Positions 62,090 to 64,000 of a stretch of 64,000 nt of DNA are shown here, one piece after another. Every line of letters begins with the position of its first letter. The stretch's first letter is position 1. Below the pieces are notes generated by a model. The model made no database searches. It had not been told where the DNA came from and saw nothing but the letters and a program-made list of their open reading frames with translations. Source of the stretch: a virus (Duplodnaviria; Caudoviricetes); IMG/VR virus record IMGVR_UViG_3300011008_000026, positions 1 to 64,000 of that record; one strand, written 5' to 3'. The position numbers were made by a program, and so were the translations under genes.

Positions 62090-62664
62090 TATGAACCTCC
62101 TATGGCATTATGTATTCTTGACTGAAGTTCCTGCTTTGCCAGCTTCTTGATTTCAACCTTTGTCTCTTCAAGCTTTTCCATAAAGAAATCATGAAATAAA
62201 CTCTTCAGCATGGTTTTGATTTCATTGATAACGCCGGTACCTTCTTTGGAAAAGTCCGGTCTTCCATCGCTTCCATCAAGAGGTTTCCCGTATGCGCTGA
62301 GAGGAGCCAGTGATTTATATGTAGAACCGTCCGGCCTATGAGCCGTTCCGTTATCTCCGCCTACGAGAGGAGCAGGCATACCTGCGTCTACGATTTCCAG
62401 AAATCCTCCGGGATCACGTTCATACATATAGAACATTAAAGAGAACTGGCCGTCAGATTGTTTAATTTCACATCGGAAGGACTCCGCAATAGCATCCATT
62501 TCAGCCCATTCAGCTTCGGCTGCCCAGTCACCTTCCCCCGGTGCGGGTACTTCTGACTTGTAGACGAGGAATCTGGCCCTGCCAAGACTTTCGGCAAGGG
62601 AAACAAAATTGTTCAGCTTCCCGGCCAGAATGCTTGTGGCGTCACTTCTTATACTCAATGCCAC
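62089..62664 (-). CDS. Probable neck/tail component
   Basis: Gene order in the head-tail joining module. Confidence 0.45.
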   Translation of the reverse strand: MALSIRSDATSILAGKLNNFVSLAESLGRARFLVYKSEVPAPGEGDWAAEAEWAEMDAIAESFRCEIKQSDGQFSLMFYMYERDPGGFLEIVDAGMPAPLVGGDNGTAHRPDGSTYKSLAPLSAYGKPLDGSDGRPDFSKEGTGVINEIKTMLKSLFHDFFMEKLEETKVEIKKLAKQELQSRIHNAIGGS

Positions 62665-63385
62665 CAGCCGCCTTCTTAGCCTGAATTTTCAAAGTCCCGA
62701 AGCTCTCTGTAATATCAATTCCCACGCGGCCTATATCCACGATTTCATACCATTCGTCCCCCCATTGGAAACGATCTCCAATGTGGATGTTCTTCGTATG
62801 CTTGTTGTACTGAACTGTGATCAGCGTTAAGGCGTTGGGAATAGAGCCCGGAGTTCCGGACACGGCCACAAATTCAGGACGCCCATCGTAACGATATGCA
62901 TTGCATGGAATAGACGGCACAACCGTTTTCCAGCCTTCTTCCAGCTTGTGGATCAGATAGCCGTCTTCGTCGTATTCCGCTTCCTGATTGCTGAATCGCT
63001 TGATTTCAAGATTCAGATTGCATCGTACAGCCCGGGAAGGAGCATTGTTGGTTTGAAGAGCAACAAACCAGTCCAGAACGAAAATTGTTCCGTCAGGCTG
63101 AATCAGCATGTCTCCTTTGCGAATTCCGCTGTCAACTGCCGCCCGGAAGTTCATGTTATTATCTGTGTTTTCATAGCGGCTCTTGGTAGAGTCCGCATAA
63201 ATTTCTCCACGGATTATACGCTCTTCATAATCTTCTTCAAATTGTGCGTACCAGTCCTGAATAACGACAAAGTCCATTACGGCATTGGGAACATCATGAT
63301 TCAGAAACTTTGTAAAGTCTGCGGCCAGTGTTCGCGGAACCTTGAACCGCATGCTCGATGCCGCAGGAACATAAGGAACAGACAT
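62642..63385 (-). CDS. Probable head closure/head-tail adaptor protein
   Basis: GD.L.....F..., CN..L, VQYN..T..I.IGDRF pattern; gene order. Confidence 0.5.
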   Translation of the reverse strand: MSVPYVPAASSMRFKVPRTLAADFTKFLNHDVPNAVMDFVVIQDWYAQFEEDYEERIIRGEIYADSTKSRYENTDNNMNFRAAVDSGIRKGDMLIQPDGTIFVLDWFVALQTNNAPSRAVRCNLNLEIKRFSNQEAEYDEDGYLIHKLEEGWKTVVPSIPCNAYRYDGRPEFVAVSGTPGSIPNALTLITVQYNKHTKNIHIGDRFQWGDEWYEIVDIGRVGIDITESFGTLKIQAKKAAGGIEYKK

Positions 63386-63403
63386 CTGACCGCACCTTCT
63401 TTC

Positions 63404-63742
63404 TTAATTGAATAGGTTTGCAAAATACGTTCCGGCGTTCACTTCGTTAGGGGAGTGTCCGTCGTGCGTAAGAGTCTGGGGCAGACGCTTGATTGCGTTT
63501 GCCTGATCCAGTAACTTGTGACGAATCTTCCTGAACCGTTGTTTCAGGTCTTCGTCCCAGTCATCCTTTTGTTTATTCCCTGAAAACATATAAAAGGCGT
63601 CTTCAATATCCATGATGATGCGCTTCAGTTCCAGTTGAAGCATATCGGTATATTGAATAAAATCATATTCCTTTTCCACGATTGTTTCCAGGTTCTCGTT
63701 CTTAAATTCGATCTTCACTGTCCAATCGCTCATTTCCTTCAC
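63404..63742 (-). CDS. Hypothetical protein in the head-tail module
   Basis: F.KIRHKLLD.AN.I.RLP motif. Confidence 0.55.
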   Translation of the reverse strand: MKEMSDWTVKIEFKNENLETIVEKEYDFIQYTDMLQLELKRIIMDIEDAFYMFSGNKQKDDWDEDLKQRFRKIRHKLLDQANAIKRLPQTLTHDGHSPNEVNAGTYFANLFN

Positions 63743-63745
63743 CCT

Positions 63746-64000
63746 TTACGACTCGCCAAGTGTATAGCGAATCATTTTATTGAAAACGATGCGGCGCTCA
63801 TGCTCAAGCTTTTCAATTTTGTCTTTCAGGTTTGCGTATGGCTTATCAGCGTTGGCAACAGAATATGCGTCTGTCGAGTAGCTGACCATATCGCTGTACT
63901 GAAGACTTACTATCTCGAAGAATTTTAATTGCGCCAGTATTTCAACGTAGCGTTCTTCTGTAACTGTAAAGTCCCGATCGTAGCACAATTCGCCTTCATC
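63746..64000 (-). CDS. Probable head-tail connector, C-terminal part (starts beyond the window)
   Basis: Frame is open to the window edge; YSTDAYSV.N..KPY.NL. Confidence 0.5.
   Translation of the reverse strand, partial: DEGELCYDRDFTVTEERYVEILAQLKFFEIVSLQYSDMVSYSTDAYSVANADKPYANLKDKIEKLEHERRIVFNKMIRYTLGES

Noticed and set aside
1-64000. Stop-codon recoding, tRNA genes, integrase or att sites
   Set aside because: Long genes are intact in the standard code, apparent breaks are explained by introns or frameshifts, and no tRNA cloverleaf or integrase was recognised

Overview
This window is the tail-morphogenesis-to-lysis region of a very large siphovirus-type phage or prophage, probably of Bacillota (strong GGAGG ribosome-binding sites, Gram-positive lysis genes). 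It is almost entirely on the minus strand. Read right to left: head-tail joining genes; a major tail protein gene split by three group I introns (two carry GIY-YIG homing endonucleases; 40-nt micro-exon; 270 aa spliced); a tail assembly chaperone with a -1 frameshift; an oppositely oriented cassette with sigma70-type promoters encoding a PIF1/RecD-like helicase and a zinc-ribbon protein; a giant tape measure protein (TMP, about 5,702 aa spliced, one group I intron); Dit, Tal and a 2,599-aa CotH/LamG/LRR tail protein; about 20 modular fibre/adhesin genes including a glycosyltransferase; and a multi-enzyme lysis cassette converging on a cysteine desulfurase. The most striking observation is that the N-terminal part of the TMP carries ordered motifs of a YonO/RdRP-like two-barrel RNA polymerase (DG...FQGR...K, RFP, DFDGD). 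This suggests an RNA polymerase fused to the tape measure protein and possibly delivered by the virion. A conserved CATTCG-N8/9-ATAATGG motif precedes Dit and all three intron endonuclease ORFs and is a candidate phage late promoter. All family assignments come from motif recognition by eye; no database searches were run.
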